Assembly: GCA_951406725.2 (NCBI GenBank)
Contig: OX597815.1
Coordinates: forward strand, 25,606,001-25,670,000
DNA length: 64,000 nt
Source: Octopus vulgaris
Taxonomy: Eukaryota
Direction of reading: 5' to 3'
Of the stretch, positions 1 through 11,739 are shown in pieces; position 1 is the stretch's first letter; the number at the start of each line of letters is the position of its first letter. Position numbers and translations under genes: made by a program. The notes under the pieces were generated by a model. The model was given only the letters and a program-made list of their open reading frames with translations. It did not search any database and was not told where the DNA came from.

Positions 1-154
1 GTGAACCAAGGTGAACTGGTCTGAAGAAATAAACGACTAAATTGATGTGAATTATGATACAGACTACATTCTTTGAGAACGAAACCAACTTTGGAATTAG
101 AACCTTTGAATGCCCACCTACCAATGCAATTTTAGTGCCACTCGAAGACAAACT

Positions 155-565
155 CTTCTCTTTTACTCGTTTCAGTCATTTGATTGTGACCATGCTGGAG
201 CACCATCTTTAGTCGAGCAAATCGATCCCAGGACTTATTCTTTGTAAGCCTAGTACTTATTCTATCGGTGTCTTTTGTCAAACTGCTAAGTTATGGGGAC
301 ATAAACACACCAGCATCGGTTGTCAAGTGATGTTGGGGGAGGGGACAAACACAGACACACAAACATACACACACATACATATATATCTATACATATATAC
401 GACGGGCTTCTTTCAGAAGCCATCTACCAGATCCACTCACAAGGCTTTGGTCGGCCTGAGGCTATAGCAGAAGACACTTGCCCAAGGTGCGACGCAGTGG
501 GACTGAACCAGGAACCATGTGGTTCGTAAGCAAGTTACTTACCACACAGCCACCCCTACGCCTAC
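155..565 (-). mobile_element. tRNA-derived SINE, family 1 (octopus OR/OK-type; exact name not verified)
   Basis: Minus strand starts AGGCGTAGGGGTGGCTGTGTGGTAAG (A box) ... GGTTCAGTCCC (B box), has an internal (CA/TA) tract and ends ...GAAACGAGTAAAAGAG. Closely related copies at 1415, 7150, 14680 and 42951. Confidence 0.85.
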
Positions 566-599
566 AAACGCCTTCTGTTTATTTAAAATATAAAATTTA

Positions 600-1200
600 G
601 AATGATTAAGAATTACTTTCAAATGCAACTAAACACAATTGTAAAAGAAATCCAATCCAATAATATGAACAACCAATATCATGAAACTAGAGACATATAT
701 GAAATTGGCCAGAACTTCATTCACAGATTTGTCTCTCTGACTGAACAAATATGTGACCAGCCAGCCAAACCCAACCGAAAATGCAAATGTAACAACCAAA
801 CTGTCTTCGTTCGAAAGACGTGTCAATGCCAAATGAAAATCTTAACTGAAAGAGAATACATACAAAACTTACATCTAAGCTGTTCAAATCTCAATAAAAG
901 CAAATCTTCAGATTTCATAATATTAATAAAAGACACACACTATCCTCATGTATTTAGCCAATGAATAGTAGACATACACCATATGATATAAAATGGACCA
1001 TGATAAACAAAGGAAGATCTAACAATAGAATAGAAGACGTTGCAATTTATACACAGCAGAAACGTTCGAAATATTATTTGCCGATAACACTCATTAGTAA
1101 ACACTCAGAAAAATCATTACATATTGACATAAAATATACAAGACATAAATATTTTATCTAAACACCTAACACTCGTTTCAAACACATATCAATAAATTCA
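600..1200 (+). pseudogene. Possible decayed Penelope-like GIY-YIG endonuclease region
   Basis: Broken ORFs contain KCKCNN and PYDIKWTMINK, resembling the CxC and Y-x-I-x-W-x-I motifs of Penelope endonucleases. Highly degenerate. Confidence 0.35.
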
Positions 1201-1414
1201 ATTGAGTTCTTGTGTACAATATCCTAGATAATTACTACCAGACATATGCATTAAATATACGCACGTTCAACCGTTCATATCTATGTATTCATATCATCGT
1301 ATCTCCACACAAATGAAAAACTGATTTGTATGAAAGTGATCCGGGGATTGAAAAACTAAAGCGAATGCTATATAAATGGAAGTCCCTATAAGTTTGAGGA
1401 TATTCCTTTATTCT

Positions 1415-1655
1415 TTTATTCTTTTAATTGTTTTAGTCATCTGATTGCGGTCATGCTGGAACACCATCTTGAAGGGTTTTTTAGTCGACCCCAAGAGTTA
1501 TTTTTAAAGCCTAGTACTTATTCAATCGGATACTTTTGCCGAACCGCTAAGTTACGGGGACATAAGCACACCGACGTCAGTTGTCAAGCAGCGTTGAGGG
1601 AACAAACACACACAGAAAGGTACGTACACACACACATAGACACACACACACACGC

Positions 1656-1737
<82 letters not shown>

Positions 1738-1918
1738 ACATAGATATATATACGACGGACTCCTGTCAGTTTCCGTCTACCAATTCCACTGACAAAGCTT
1801 TAATCAGCCCGAGGCACTTTAATCAGCCCAAAGACACTTGTCCAAGGTGCTACGCAGTGAGACTGAACCCGGAATCATGTGGTTGGGAAGCAAGCTTCTT
1901 ACCACACACCCACACAGC
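1415..1918 (-). mobile_element. tRNA-derived SINE family 1 with expanded (CA)n
   Basis: Colinear with 155-565; (CA)n at about 1627-1740. Confidence 0.8.
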
Positions 1919-2022
1919 AATCCATTCAATCTTAAATCTACTACCTCCAACGTTGACTCATTACATTCACCACACATACGTTAATTTTATTTTTATGATA
2001 TATTAAAAATATAATGGAGAAA

Positions 2023-2389
2023 TAATAAATCTTAGAGCGAGTTATAAACAGTAGCTGCAACACATCGTGACGTATATTTGCCATTTAAATATGGTTAACC
2101 CCTAAGGGTGGATGCTACTGTAGTTTGTAGCCCCAGGAGGACACCTCCTGAACCTACTTTTCATCGACAACTGTGATTGTCACACGCCGATGACGGGTCA
2201 ATACTCAGAAACTCGAGTCCGTGTGTATCGTAAGTTGAAGACGGGAAGGATGGCTTCCCTTTGCAAATACTGATAAGGCACAGAAAGTGTGTCTAAAGCT
2301 AGCTGGAGGAGGTGTCCTCCTGGGGCTACAAACTACAGTAGCATCCACCCTTAGGGGTTAACCATATTTAAATGGCAAATATACGTCAC
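2023..2389 (+). mobile_element. Penelope-like pseudo-LTR insertion with 5' inverted segment
   Basis: Perfect 83-bp inverted repeat (2067-2149 / 2307-2389) encloses a hammerhead motif. Flanked by a 12-bp direct repeat ATAATGGAGAAA (2011-2022, 2390-2401). Confidence 0.75.
2181..2225 (+). ncRNA. Minimal type I hammerhead ribozyme (CCGAUGA core variant)
   Basis: CACACG-CCGATGA-c GGGT caat ACTC a-GAAA-C TCGA G-TC-CGTGTG: 6-bp stem I, stem II, palindromic loop 3, GUC cleavage triplet. Confidence 0.7.
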
Positions 2390-2567
2390 ATAATGGAGAA
2401 AGCTGCTTATTAATTAGGTCTGTAACAATCACTGAAATTACTAAAAGAAACCAATTATTAAAGGGTTGACCGTCTGGAAATATTTTTATAAATTCATGTT
2501 CTAAGAAATTTCTTATAATTTCGATTTCTCAAGTTTATTGAATTTTTTGAATTCCAATTTCTCGCAT

Positions 2568-3434
2568 ATTTAAATATTCATTGCATTCACTGCGTCCAAT
2601 TCTTCACAAATTTAAATATTCATTGCATTCACTGCGTCCAATTCTTCACAGATTTAAATATTCATTGCATTCACTGCGTCCAATTCTTCACAAATTTAAA
2701 TATTCATTGCATTCACTGCGTCCAATTCTTCACAAATTTAAATATTCATTGCATTCACTGCGTCCAATTCTTCACAAATTTAAATATTCATTGCATTCAC
2801 TGCGTCCAATTCTTCACAAATTTAAATATTCATTGCATTCACTGCGTCCAATTCTTCACAAATTTAAATATTCATTGCATTCACTGCGTCCAATTCTTCA
2901 CAAATTTAAATATTCATTGCATTCACTGCGTCCAATTCTTCACAAATTTAAATATTCATTGCATTCACTGCGTCCAATTCTTCACAGATTTAAATATTCA
3001 TTGCATTCACTGCGTCCAATTCTTCACAAATTTAAATATTCATTGCATTCACTGCGTCCAATTCTTCACAAATTTAAATATTCATTGCATTCACTGCGTC
3101 CAGTTCTTCACAAATTTAAATATTCATTGCATTCACTGCGTCCAATTCTTCACAAATTTAAATATTCATTGCATTCACTGCATCCAATTCTTCACAAATT
3201 TAAATATTCATTGCATTCACTGCGTCCAATTCTTCACAAATTTAAATATTCATTGCATTCACTGCATCCAATTCTTCACAAATTTAAATATTCATTGCAT
3301 TCACTGCGTCCAATTCTTCACAAATTTAAATATTCATTGCATTCACTGCGTCCAATTCTTCACAAATTTAAATATTCATTGCATTCACTGCGTCCAATTC
3401 TTCACAAATTTAAATATTCATTGCATTCACTGCG
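2568..3434. repeat. 42-bp minisatellite, about 20.6 near-identical copies
   Basis: Unit TTTAAATATTCATTGCATTCACTGCGTCCAATTCTTCACAAA; explains the 14-aa periodic ORF at 2581-3477. Confidence 0.97.
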
Positions 3435-3659
3435 GATTATTCTATTTTTATTTGCAAAGTCTCACTTTCTCTTTTAATGTTTTCATTTAAAGTTTTAATT
3501 CGCTATTTGGAAAACCGACAGTTTGTTCTATTAATGTGTACGTAATGTAAAAACATTATTTACTGATTGAAAATTCTCTGAAACACTCATATAAATTTTG
3601 TAAGAAAAATTTTAAAGTGATTTTGTTGTTATGGCTGTTTGGAATGCTATAAGCCTTAC

Positions 3660-4583
3660 AAAAATAACTGTCCGGACCGATTTTGGCCATTTTTGTTTTT
3701 AACTTAAAAACCATGGGAGGAGCCTTTTCGGTAAAAATAAAAAAATAAAAATTGTAAATATTTTCAGAAGAAATGGTGAACAATTCAAGGGAGGTTCCGC
3801 TGTTGTTTTTAGCACAACCTAAACCACCCTCCCTTTTCACTCACACATGTATTGATGATTTTTTCAATATTTTTCTCCTATTAAACACATCTTATGGAAT
3901 GATGATGCCGAAGTAAGACTCGCGCGGTCCATTGGTTGAAGAAAAACAACAAAATGAAGTGTAATCTAAATTTTTACCCCCCCCCACCTTCATTTTGAAA
4001 CCGTTCACTGACAAATTTTCATGCTGCATCAATTTTATGAAGTTTTGTCAGTGAGTAGGTCACGGTTTCAAAGCGACGAAAATATTTTAACACAAATGAA
4101 CTTTAAATGTTGAAGTGAAACTAACTGCTTTTGTGTGATTTTGAATGGCTTACAAACATCTTCCACGCTGCAATTGTTTTTGTTTCAGTACACGATCTCA
4201 GATCAAGCCACTTGCTATGCAAGTAGATCACCGTAATTTTTTTTAAAATCACTATGGTTAAATGCCAGCAATGACCTTCTCAGACTCTCCAATATTTTAA
4301 TTTCTAAGCAGATACAATCGGGGGCAGGGAATGGTGTTGCAAAAATTCATAATTTCTCAAATTTTCTTTTTTTTTTTATAGCATATAAAAATATTTATAG
4401 GGGGGAAAATATTGAAAATCATCAATACATGCGAGAGTGATAAAGAAACAGCCAAATCGCCCTTAAATCACTCACTTTTCCCTCTGAAAATATTAACAAT
4501 TGTTTTTTTTATATATTTTACCGTAAATGCTCTTCTCATGGATTTTAAATGCAAAAGAAATTGGCCAAAATAGGTCCGGAGTG
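3660..4583. mobile_element. Degenerate long-inverted-repeat (foldback/DNA transposon) relic
   Basis: TCCGGACCGATTTTGGCCA at ~3671 mirrors TGGCCAAAATAGGTCCGGA at ~4562; ATTGATGATTTTTTCAATATTT at ~3851 mirrors AAATATTGAAAATCATCAAT at ~4407. Confidence 0.55.
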
Positions 4584-5084
4584 GGCTGATGAGGGAAAAG
4601 GGAGTTGTAAAAAAAAGTTTTCAAAACTTTTTCATACAAAGATGTTCCCCCCAAACCCCATCATTTCGAAAGCTGTGTTAAAAAAAAAAAAAAAATGGGG
4701 AAAATCCCCGAAAGAAATTTCCCCATAAATTTCCTTAAAATCGTAATCTGTGCTGTTTGAAAGGGATTTGTATAAGTTTTCATTAAAAGATACCCATTTT
4801 CCTGAAATTTACGAGGGAAAAAAGTAGATTTTGTAAATTTTCTTAAACTCCTCTCTCCACCCCTCGAAAAAAGTAATTCCTATAAATCCCTATATACTCT
4901 AAAGCCTCAACATCTAAGCGGTATTTGTAGAAAATTTTGTTAAAAAAAGTATCCATTTTTCTGGATGTTATGAGGCTACAGAGTCGGGAGTGTATACATC
5001 TGAAGTAATGCCTTTTAATTTATACGATTTTCCAGTTCATGTTTATTTCATTCATTGTTTGAAATGTTCTTTCTCTCTCTCTCC

Positions 5085-5126
<42 letters not shown>

Positions 5127-5450
5127 CCTCACACGCACACACACTGCAAAGCTTACAGATGGGCTGCTGAATTGCAATCTTTATGTTGCTTTGAGGGAAA
5201 GGTAAAAATTGCTTCTTCCCCTGTTGTCGGACTACCATGATGTTTGCTTAAAAGAGAGAGAGAGAGAGAGATTTTGACTGATAAAATAATGAAAGTAATA
5301 TTTACTATGCAAGTGAGCTATATTTTACAAAGAAATAATCAGACGTAAAATATTAAAATTACTAGAATTAGGAATCAAATGTGAAAATATTATCAGGTGG
5401 CTTGCAGAAAACTGTCCGGAAAGCGGTCTTTCTGCTAGTATCTAAAATTA

Positions 5451-5880
5451 AGGCTGCGAGCTGGGAGAATCGTTATCACGCAGGGTAAAATGCTTCGCGG
5501 CATTTCGTCCGTCTTTACGTTCTGAATTCAAATTCCGCCGTGGTCGACTTTGCCATTCATCCCTTTCGGGGTCAATGAAATAAGTACCAGTTGACCACTG
5601 GGTTCGATGTAATCGACTATCCTTTCCCCATTTCCTGAAATTCCAGGCCTTGTGCCTATAGTTGAAAGGAATATTATATTTGAAATTAATGGTAGAATCA
5701 TTAGGCAAAATGAGTTAACGCATTTCGCCCATCCTTACGTTATGAGTTGAAATTCCGTTGAAGTCGACTTTGTCTTTCATCCTTTCGAGGTACCAGATGC
5801 CCGCTGGGGTAGATGTAATTGACTTACCTACTCCATCGAACTTGCTGGCCTTGTGCCAAAAATTTGAAGTCAATATTATA
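5451..5880 (+). mobile_element. Two adjacent copies of tRNA-derived SINE family 2 (Nin/Deu-domain-like core)
   Basis: GGCTGCGAGCTGGGAGAATCGTTA head, GAATTCAAATTCC B-box region, GTCGACTTTGCC(A/T)TTCATCC core. Confidence 0.8.
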
Positions 5881-6200
5881 TTTATAATTCTTGGGTCAGG
5901 AAGTGCGAACTTTGGAGAACGTAGAGTTTTCTGGAGGTGCCTGGGCTTGATCAACTCTAGCTGGGTCATCCGGGTGAGAGTGTCTGATTAGTGAAAATCC
6001 CGATACGCCAATTAGTCCAAGGTAACAAAATCGACGATGTGTCCAGGTGGATTATGAGATGATCTATGAAAAGACTCTTATCTTTTAAGTTCCGTATTTA
6101 GATAAAATTTTTAATTTAATATTTCTTTTTTAATATCATCGTAACAACTTTTAATATCACCATGGCATTTCTTACCTTTAGAGTCTCATATTATTTGCCA

Positions 6201-6264
<64 letters not shown>

Positions 6265-6386
6265 TCATACACACACATACATAGTAAAAAAAATAGACAA
6301 ATATCGCATATGCTGGAAAAAAAGGGAACACACAAGCAATTGGCAAGAAATATTCAACGAAGAGTTTATTGACAAGACTTATTGTA

Positions 6387-6490
6387 CTTCTTTCTTTCTT
6401 TCCTTCTTTCTTTCTTTCTTTCTTTCTTTCTTTCATTTCTTTCTTTCTTTCTTTCTTTCCTTTCTTTCTTTCTTTCTTTCTGTCTTTCAT

Positions 6491-6542
<52 letters not shown>

Positions 6543-6582
6543 TCGTTTCGTTTCTTTCTTTCGTTTCTTTCTTTCTTTCGTT

Positions 6583-6614
<32 letters not shown>

Positions 6615-6619
6615 TCGTT

Positions 6620-6679
<60 letters not shown>

Positions 6680-6811
6680 TTTCTTTTCTTTCTTTCTTTC
6701 TTTCTTTCTTTCTGTCTTTCGTTCTGTCTTTCTTTCTTTTTCTTTTCTTTGTTTGTTTGTTTGTTTGTTTGTTTGTTTGTTTGTTTGTTTCTTTCTTTCT
6801 TTCTTTCTTAT

Positions 6812-6862
<51 letters not shown>
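6387..6862. repeat. (TTTC)n/(TTTG)n microsatellite
   Basis: Visible tetranucleotide repeat. Confidence 0.97.
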
Positions 6863-6864
<2 letters not shown>

Positions 6865-7149
6865 ATACCATTCTAAGAAGAACATTTCCCTATTTCATGA
6901 AATAACTGCTTCGCTTTTGTTTATTGACGCAGAAACTTATGTATTTGATAATAGCAACATTTTTGCATTTTTTTGATATCTTCTATTTATATAATATATT
7001 TTTATATTTATATAACCTTCCATTTATGAAAATAAACCATTGTACACACGTAGTGAATAGGCTTTTAAGTTATGTATATATACATGTGGGTGTGCGTATA
7101 TGAGTGTGTGTGTGTGTGTGCGTGTGTGTTTGTACATATACTCTTTTAC

Positions 7150-7390
7150 TCTTTTACTCTTTTACTTGTTTCAGTCATTTGACTGCGGCCATGCTGGAGC
7201 ACCGCCAGTACTTATTCTATCGGTCTCTTTTGCCGAACCGCTAAGTGACGGGGACGTAAACACACCAGCATCGGTTGTCAAGCAATGCTAGGGGGACAAA
7301 CACAGACACAAACACATACACACACATATATATATACTTATATACGACGGGCTTCTTTCAGTTTCCGTCTACCAAATCCACTCACAAGGC
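7150..7390 (-). mobile_element. SINE family 1, 5'-truncated
   Basis: Matches the 3' part of 42951-43375. Confidence 0.8.
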
Positions 7391-7562
7391 ATTATTTACA
7401 TGTATTTATATACTTTTCAATCAAGCATATTTCTTATTTAAATATGCGTATGTCTGGACATCACCTTCCATACCGTCTGCTTCTCTTTCTGTCTCGTGTT
7501 ATGTCTCAACAGAATTCTACAACAGCGAAAGTGTTATTTACTTACTTGTGTTTTAAAAAAAA

Positions 7563-7942
7563 GGAGCACTCCGTCGGTCACGACGATGAGGGTCCCAGCT
7601 GATACGATCAACGGAACAGCTTGCTCGTGGAATTAACGTGCAAGTGGCTGAGCACTCCACAGACACGTGTACCCTTAACGTAGTTCTCGAGGAGATTCAG
7701 CGTGACACAGAGTGTGACAAGGCTGGCCCTTTGAAATACAGGTACAACAGAAACAGGAAGTAAGAGTGAGAGAAAGTTGTGGTGAAAGAGTACAGCAGGG
7801 TTCACCACCACCCCCTGCAGGAGCCTCGTGAAGCTTTAGGTGTTTTCGCTCAATAAACACTCACAATGCCCGGTCTGGTAATCGAAACCGCGATCCTACG
7901 ACCGCGAGTCCGCTGCCCTAACCACTGGGCCATTGCGCCTCC
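7563..7942 (-). mobile_element. tRNA-derived SINE family 3, full length
   Basis: Minus strand GGAGGCGCAATGGCCCAGTGGTTAGGGCAGCGGACTCGCGG...GGTTTCGATTACC (tRNA-like head). 13-bp TSD ACTTGTGTTTTAA at 7544-7556 and 7945-7957. Second copy at 53345. Confidence 0.85.
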
Positions 7943-8139
7943 ACACTTGTGTTTTAATGACCAAGAAGACGAAAAAGAAAGAGGGAGGGAGAGGGAGAGG
8001 GAGAGAAAGAAAGAGACAGATATGAGATCATGTTTCAGTATCAATGATCTCCATTTCAAGAATTAGTGTCTGGGGTTAAGTTTTGTTCTTCCGTCACATC
8101 CGTTTTTCTTTGAATAACTTTATATATAATTTAATATTA

Positions 8140-8352
8140 GTTTCAAATTTTGGCACAAGGCCAGCAATTTTAGGAGAGGGGGTAAGTCGATTACATCGAC
8201 CCCAGTGTTCAACTGGTACTTATTTCACCGATCCCGAAAGGATGACAGGTAAAGTCAACCTCAGCGGAATTAGAACTCAGAACGTAAAGACTGACGAAAT
8301 ACTGCAAAGCATTTTGCCCGGCGTGCTAACGATTCTGCCAGCTCGCCGCCTT
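8140..8352 (-). mobile_element. SINE family 2
   Basis: Reverse complement of the family 2 head and core. Confidence 0.8.
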
Positions 8353-8370
8353 ATTCATATAATTCAATAC

Positions 8371-9165
8371 TAGCTCAAGGGTGTGGTTGTTACTTTCTGT
8401 TTCTTATCGCCACATTCTCCCTCTTTGTTTCTCTCTCACTTTCCCACTCTCTTACTCTTCCTTTCTCTTGGACTCTCCCTCGCTTTCTCTTACTCTTTAT
8501 CTTTCCCTATCTACCTCTCTCCCATTTATAAAAACAAAGGATCTTGAGTAAGTTGATAAAGAAAATATTTTGAAAGATCAATCATAAATATCAGGCAGTG
8601 ACAACGGAAAGCACACTTGCCTTTTGTATGTGCCACTATTTGAGCGATTAAAAATAAGGAAAAAAAAAAATTTCTTTGTTAAGTTTAGTACTTATTTTGA
8701 GAATTTTTCGACGATTGACCATACAAATGAAAGCTCTAAACACGGGCTACATGCAGCTGTAAATTTCATTCAGAAAAAATGAAAACTGTAAACAATAAAA
8801 AATAAAAGGCAAAAATACGTAAAAATGAGAAATTTTTTTCAACTTCAAAAGTCTTGCCTTAATTTTCAAAATTTCGAACCCATTTTCCGCGCTTAAATTA
8901 CAAATCCGCTTCCACTTTACCATGTTGAAAATTTGATTGCAATCGGGCAAAAGATGTCCAATCTAGACCCCCAAGTGTCCCCCAAAAATCAATAAAATCC
9001 CCGTTTTCACAGCACTGTAGCGCCCCAAAACGTCTCCCAATCAATTTCTCACCTCAAGTTATCCCCTCCTGTAACTTTTAATCCCCTTGCAGCCCCATTT
9101 AGACCCCTTTTTACATAAAAGTCCAATTTGTATCAATGTTCGCCTTCTTCATTTTATACATTAGA
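8371..9165 (-). mobile_element. Possible degenerate non-autonomous Helitron
   Basis: Minus strand starts a|TCTAATGTATAAAATG and ends CTAG|t, but there is no clear 3' hairpin. Confidence 0.3.
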
Positions 9166-9497
9166 TTAACAATCTAACCAGTGAACCGCTACGTCGCTGC
9201 TCCAGGTACAAGAAGCAATAGATAAACCTCACTAAATTCTCTCTTTAAAAAGTAAAACTAAAACGCATTAAATGCAAACCCATATTATGTTTGGATAATA
9301 GTGCAGGATGGTAATCACTGGGAATTCTATCATCTGGAGATAAACAACAGCAACAATTTAATCAATATCACTGGTGTGTCACTGGAAGTGTTTCTCAGCG
9401 AGATTTTGTTTTGGACATTTTCCAACTACATGCTTTAAATCTCCTCACCATTTCAACACAATATCTTCCATCATTGCAATATGGACGAGTTGCGTGT

Positions 9498-10148
9498 AAA
9501 GCGGCGAGCTGGCAGAATCGTTAGCACGCCGGGCGAAATACTTAACGGTATTTCGTTTGTCTTTACATTCTGAGTTCAAATTCTGCCGAGGTCGACTTTG
9601 CCTTTCATCCTTTCGAGGTCGATAAGTTAAGTACCAGTTACGTACTGGGGTCGATGTAATCGACTTAATCCGTTTGTCTGTCCGTGTTTGTCCCCTCTGT
9701 GTTTAGCCCCTTGTGGGCAATAAAGAAACAAGAAATGTGAGCGCAGGGCGAAATACTTAGCGGCATTTCATCTGCCGTTACGTTCTGAGTTCAAATTCTG
9801 CCGAGGTCGACTTTGCCTTTCATCCTTTCGAGGTCGATAAATTAAGTACCAGTTACGCACTGGGGTCGATGTAATCGACTTAATCCGTTTGTCTGTCCTT
9901 GCGTTTGTCTCCTCTGTGTTTAGCCCCTTGTGGGCAATAAAGAAATAAGAAACGTTAGCGCGCTGGGCGAAATACTTAGCGGTATTTCGTTTGTATTTAC
10001 GTTCTGAGTTCAAATTCCGCCGAGGTCGACTTTGCCTTTCATCCTTTCAGGGTCGATAAATTAAGTACCAGTTGCGTGCTAGGGTCGATCTAATCGAGTG
10101 GACCCCCCTTCACATAAAATTTCGGGCCTTGTGCCTAGAGTAGAAAAG
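9498..10148 (+). mobile_element. Head-to-tail trimer of SINE family 2
   Basis: Three units inside one 20-bp TSD AATATGGAC(G/T)AGTTGCGTGT (9478-9497, 10149-10168). Confidence 0.85.
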
Positions 10149-10487
10149 AATATGGACTAGTTGCGTGTCCACATCTACATCTCTTTATTTATAGCAAACT
10201 AGCGAAACCCGAGGAAATTCCACGAGTGTGCCAGGCAAGTGAATGGCCGGTAAAACAGCTGGTTAGCGAGTTAAATGGATGGGGGGGGGAGAGAGAGAGA
10301 TGAGGGAGAAAGAGGGAGAGAGAAAGTGAGGGCGAGACGGTGAGAGGGAAGACGACATTGTGACAGGTGTTTGTTGAAGTGGTAGCAGTGAAGGGTAATA
10401 AGAAAAAAAGATGCAAAAGGAAACGACATTGAACCGCTAAAGATGTGTAATCATTCCTTGCGTCAATAATAAGGATATGTTGGACAA

Positions 10488-10573
<86 letters not shown>

Positions 10574-10582
10574 AAAAAGACG

Positions 10583-11179
10583 AAGAAGGAATATATTCAC
10601 AGACATGACAGAGTTGGAACCTACATACACTGGAAGCTATGCCAACATTATGGAATAACAACAGAAAAAAGATGGTATAGGCACACACCAGAAAAGGTCA
10701 CAGAAAGAGAGAAAGCAACCATACTTTGGGATATGCCGATACACACAGATAGAGAAATTAAGGCCAACAGACCAGATATAGTTGTCAGAGATCATGAAGA
10801 AAAAATGCTTTCTAATTGATGTATCAATACCGGCAGATGACAACGTGTCTCTAAAAGAAATGGAGAAACTTTCAAAATACAAAGACCTGGAAATGGAAGT
10901 AACCAGAATGTGGAATCTAAAAACAGAAACAATTCCTATCATAGTAGGTGCATTAGGCATGATAAAAAAATATTCAGACAAATACATAACAAAAAACATC
11001 AGGACTTACAAACACATATAACATACAGAAAATTGCACTACTAGGCACTACACACATCCTACGCAGAGCACTTTCCATACAATAACCATCACAGCATCAC
11101 AACAAATCACAGCACATACCCAAGGCACACAGAGCTGCGCTCGGTAGTGAAGTGAAAACACGCTATAAAAATAAAACTA

Positions 11180-11182
<3 letters not shown>
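10583..11182 (+). mobile_element. 5'-truncated R4/Dong-clade non-LTR retrotransposon (REL endonuclease plus 3' UTR)
   Basis: RHDRV...ILWD...NRPDIVV...IDVSIP...KLSKY...PIIVGALG with frameshifts; embedded between (AAT)n tracts. Confidence 0.9.
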
Positions 11183-11247
<65 letters not shown>

Positions 11248-11314
11248 TAATAATAATAATAATTATAATGATAGCAACAACAATACTAATGAGCTTATTA
11301 TATACAGCTGCACA

Positions 11315-11548
11315 AGGCGGCGAGCTGGCAGACACGTTAGCGTGCCGAGCGAAATGCTTAGCAGTATTTCGTCTATCGTTATGTTCTGAGTTCAAATTCC
11401 GCCGAGGTCGACTTTGCCTTTCATCCTTTCGGGGGTCGATAAATAAAGTACCAGTTTCGCACTGGGGATCGATTTAATCGACTTGGTCCCCTTTGTCTGT
11501 CCGTGTTTGTTCCCTCTATGTTTAGCCTCTTGTGGGCAATAAAGAAAT
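11315..11548 (+). mobile_element. SINE family 2, full-length monomer
   Basis: 15-bp TSD TATATACAG(C/T)TGCAC at 11299-11313 and 11554-11568. Confidence 0.88.
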
Positions 11549-11739
11549 ATATATATATACAGTTGCACTACAACTTGTCGGAAAAGAGTAAAGAGGGGAG
11601 AGAAAGTAGCTGTAAGTCAGGTGAAGAAAGACACCGATGAAAGCTAGAAGTGCATGCACAACGCAATGAAACACACACAGACAGAAAAATGAACAAAAAA
11701 AGAGTCATAAAGAGGAAAGGGTGCAAAGGAGCATTAGGG

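Noticed and set aside
2568-3434. Hammerhead-like pattern on the minus strand of the 42-bp unit (GUGAAGA...GAAU)
   Set aside because: It lacks the invariant C3 and GAAA and has no stem I.
2581-3477. 298-aa repetitive ORF, or CRISPR-like array
   Set aside because: It is a pure tandem 42-bp repeat with no unique spacers; the ORF starts at TTG and is a by-product of a stop-free unit.
7860-7942. tRNA gene
   Set aside because: It is the tRNA-like head of a SINE, continuous with the SINE body and bounded by a TSD.
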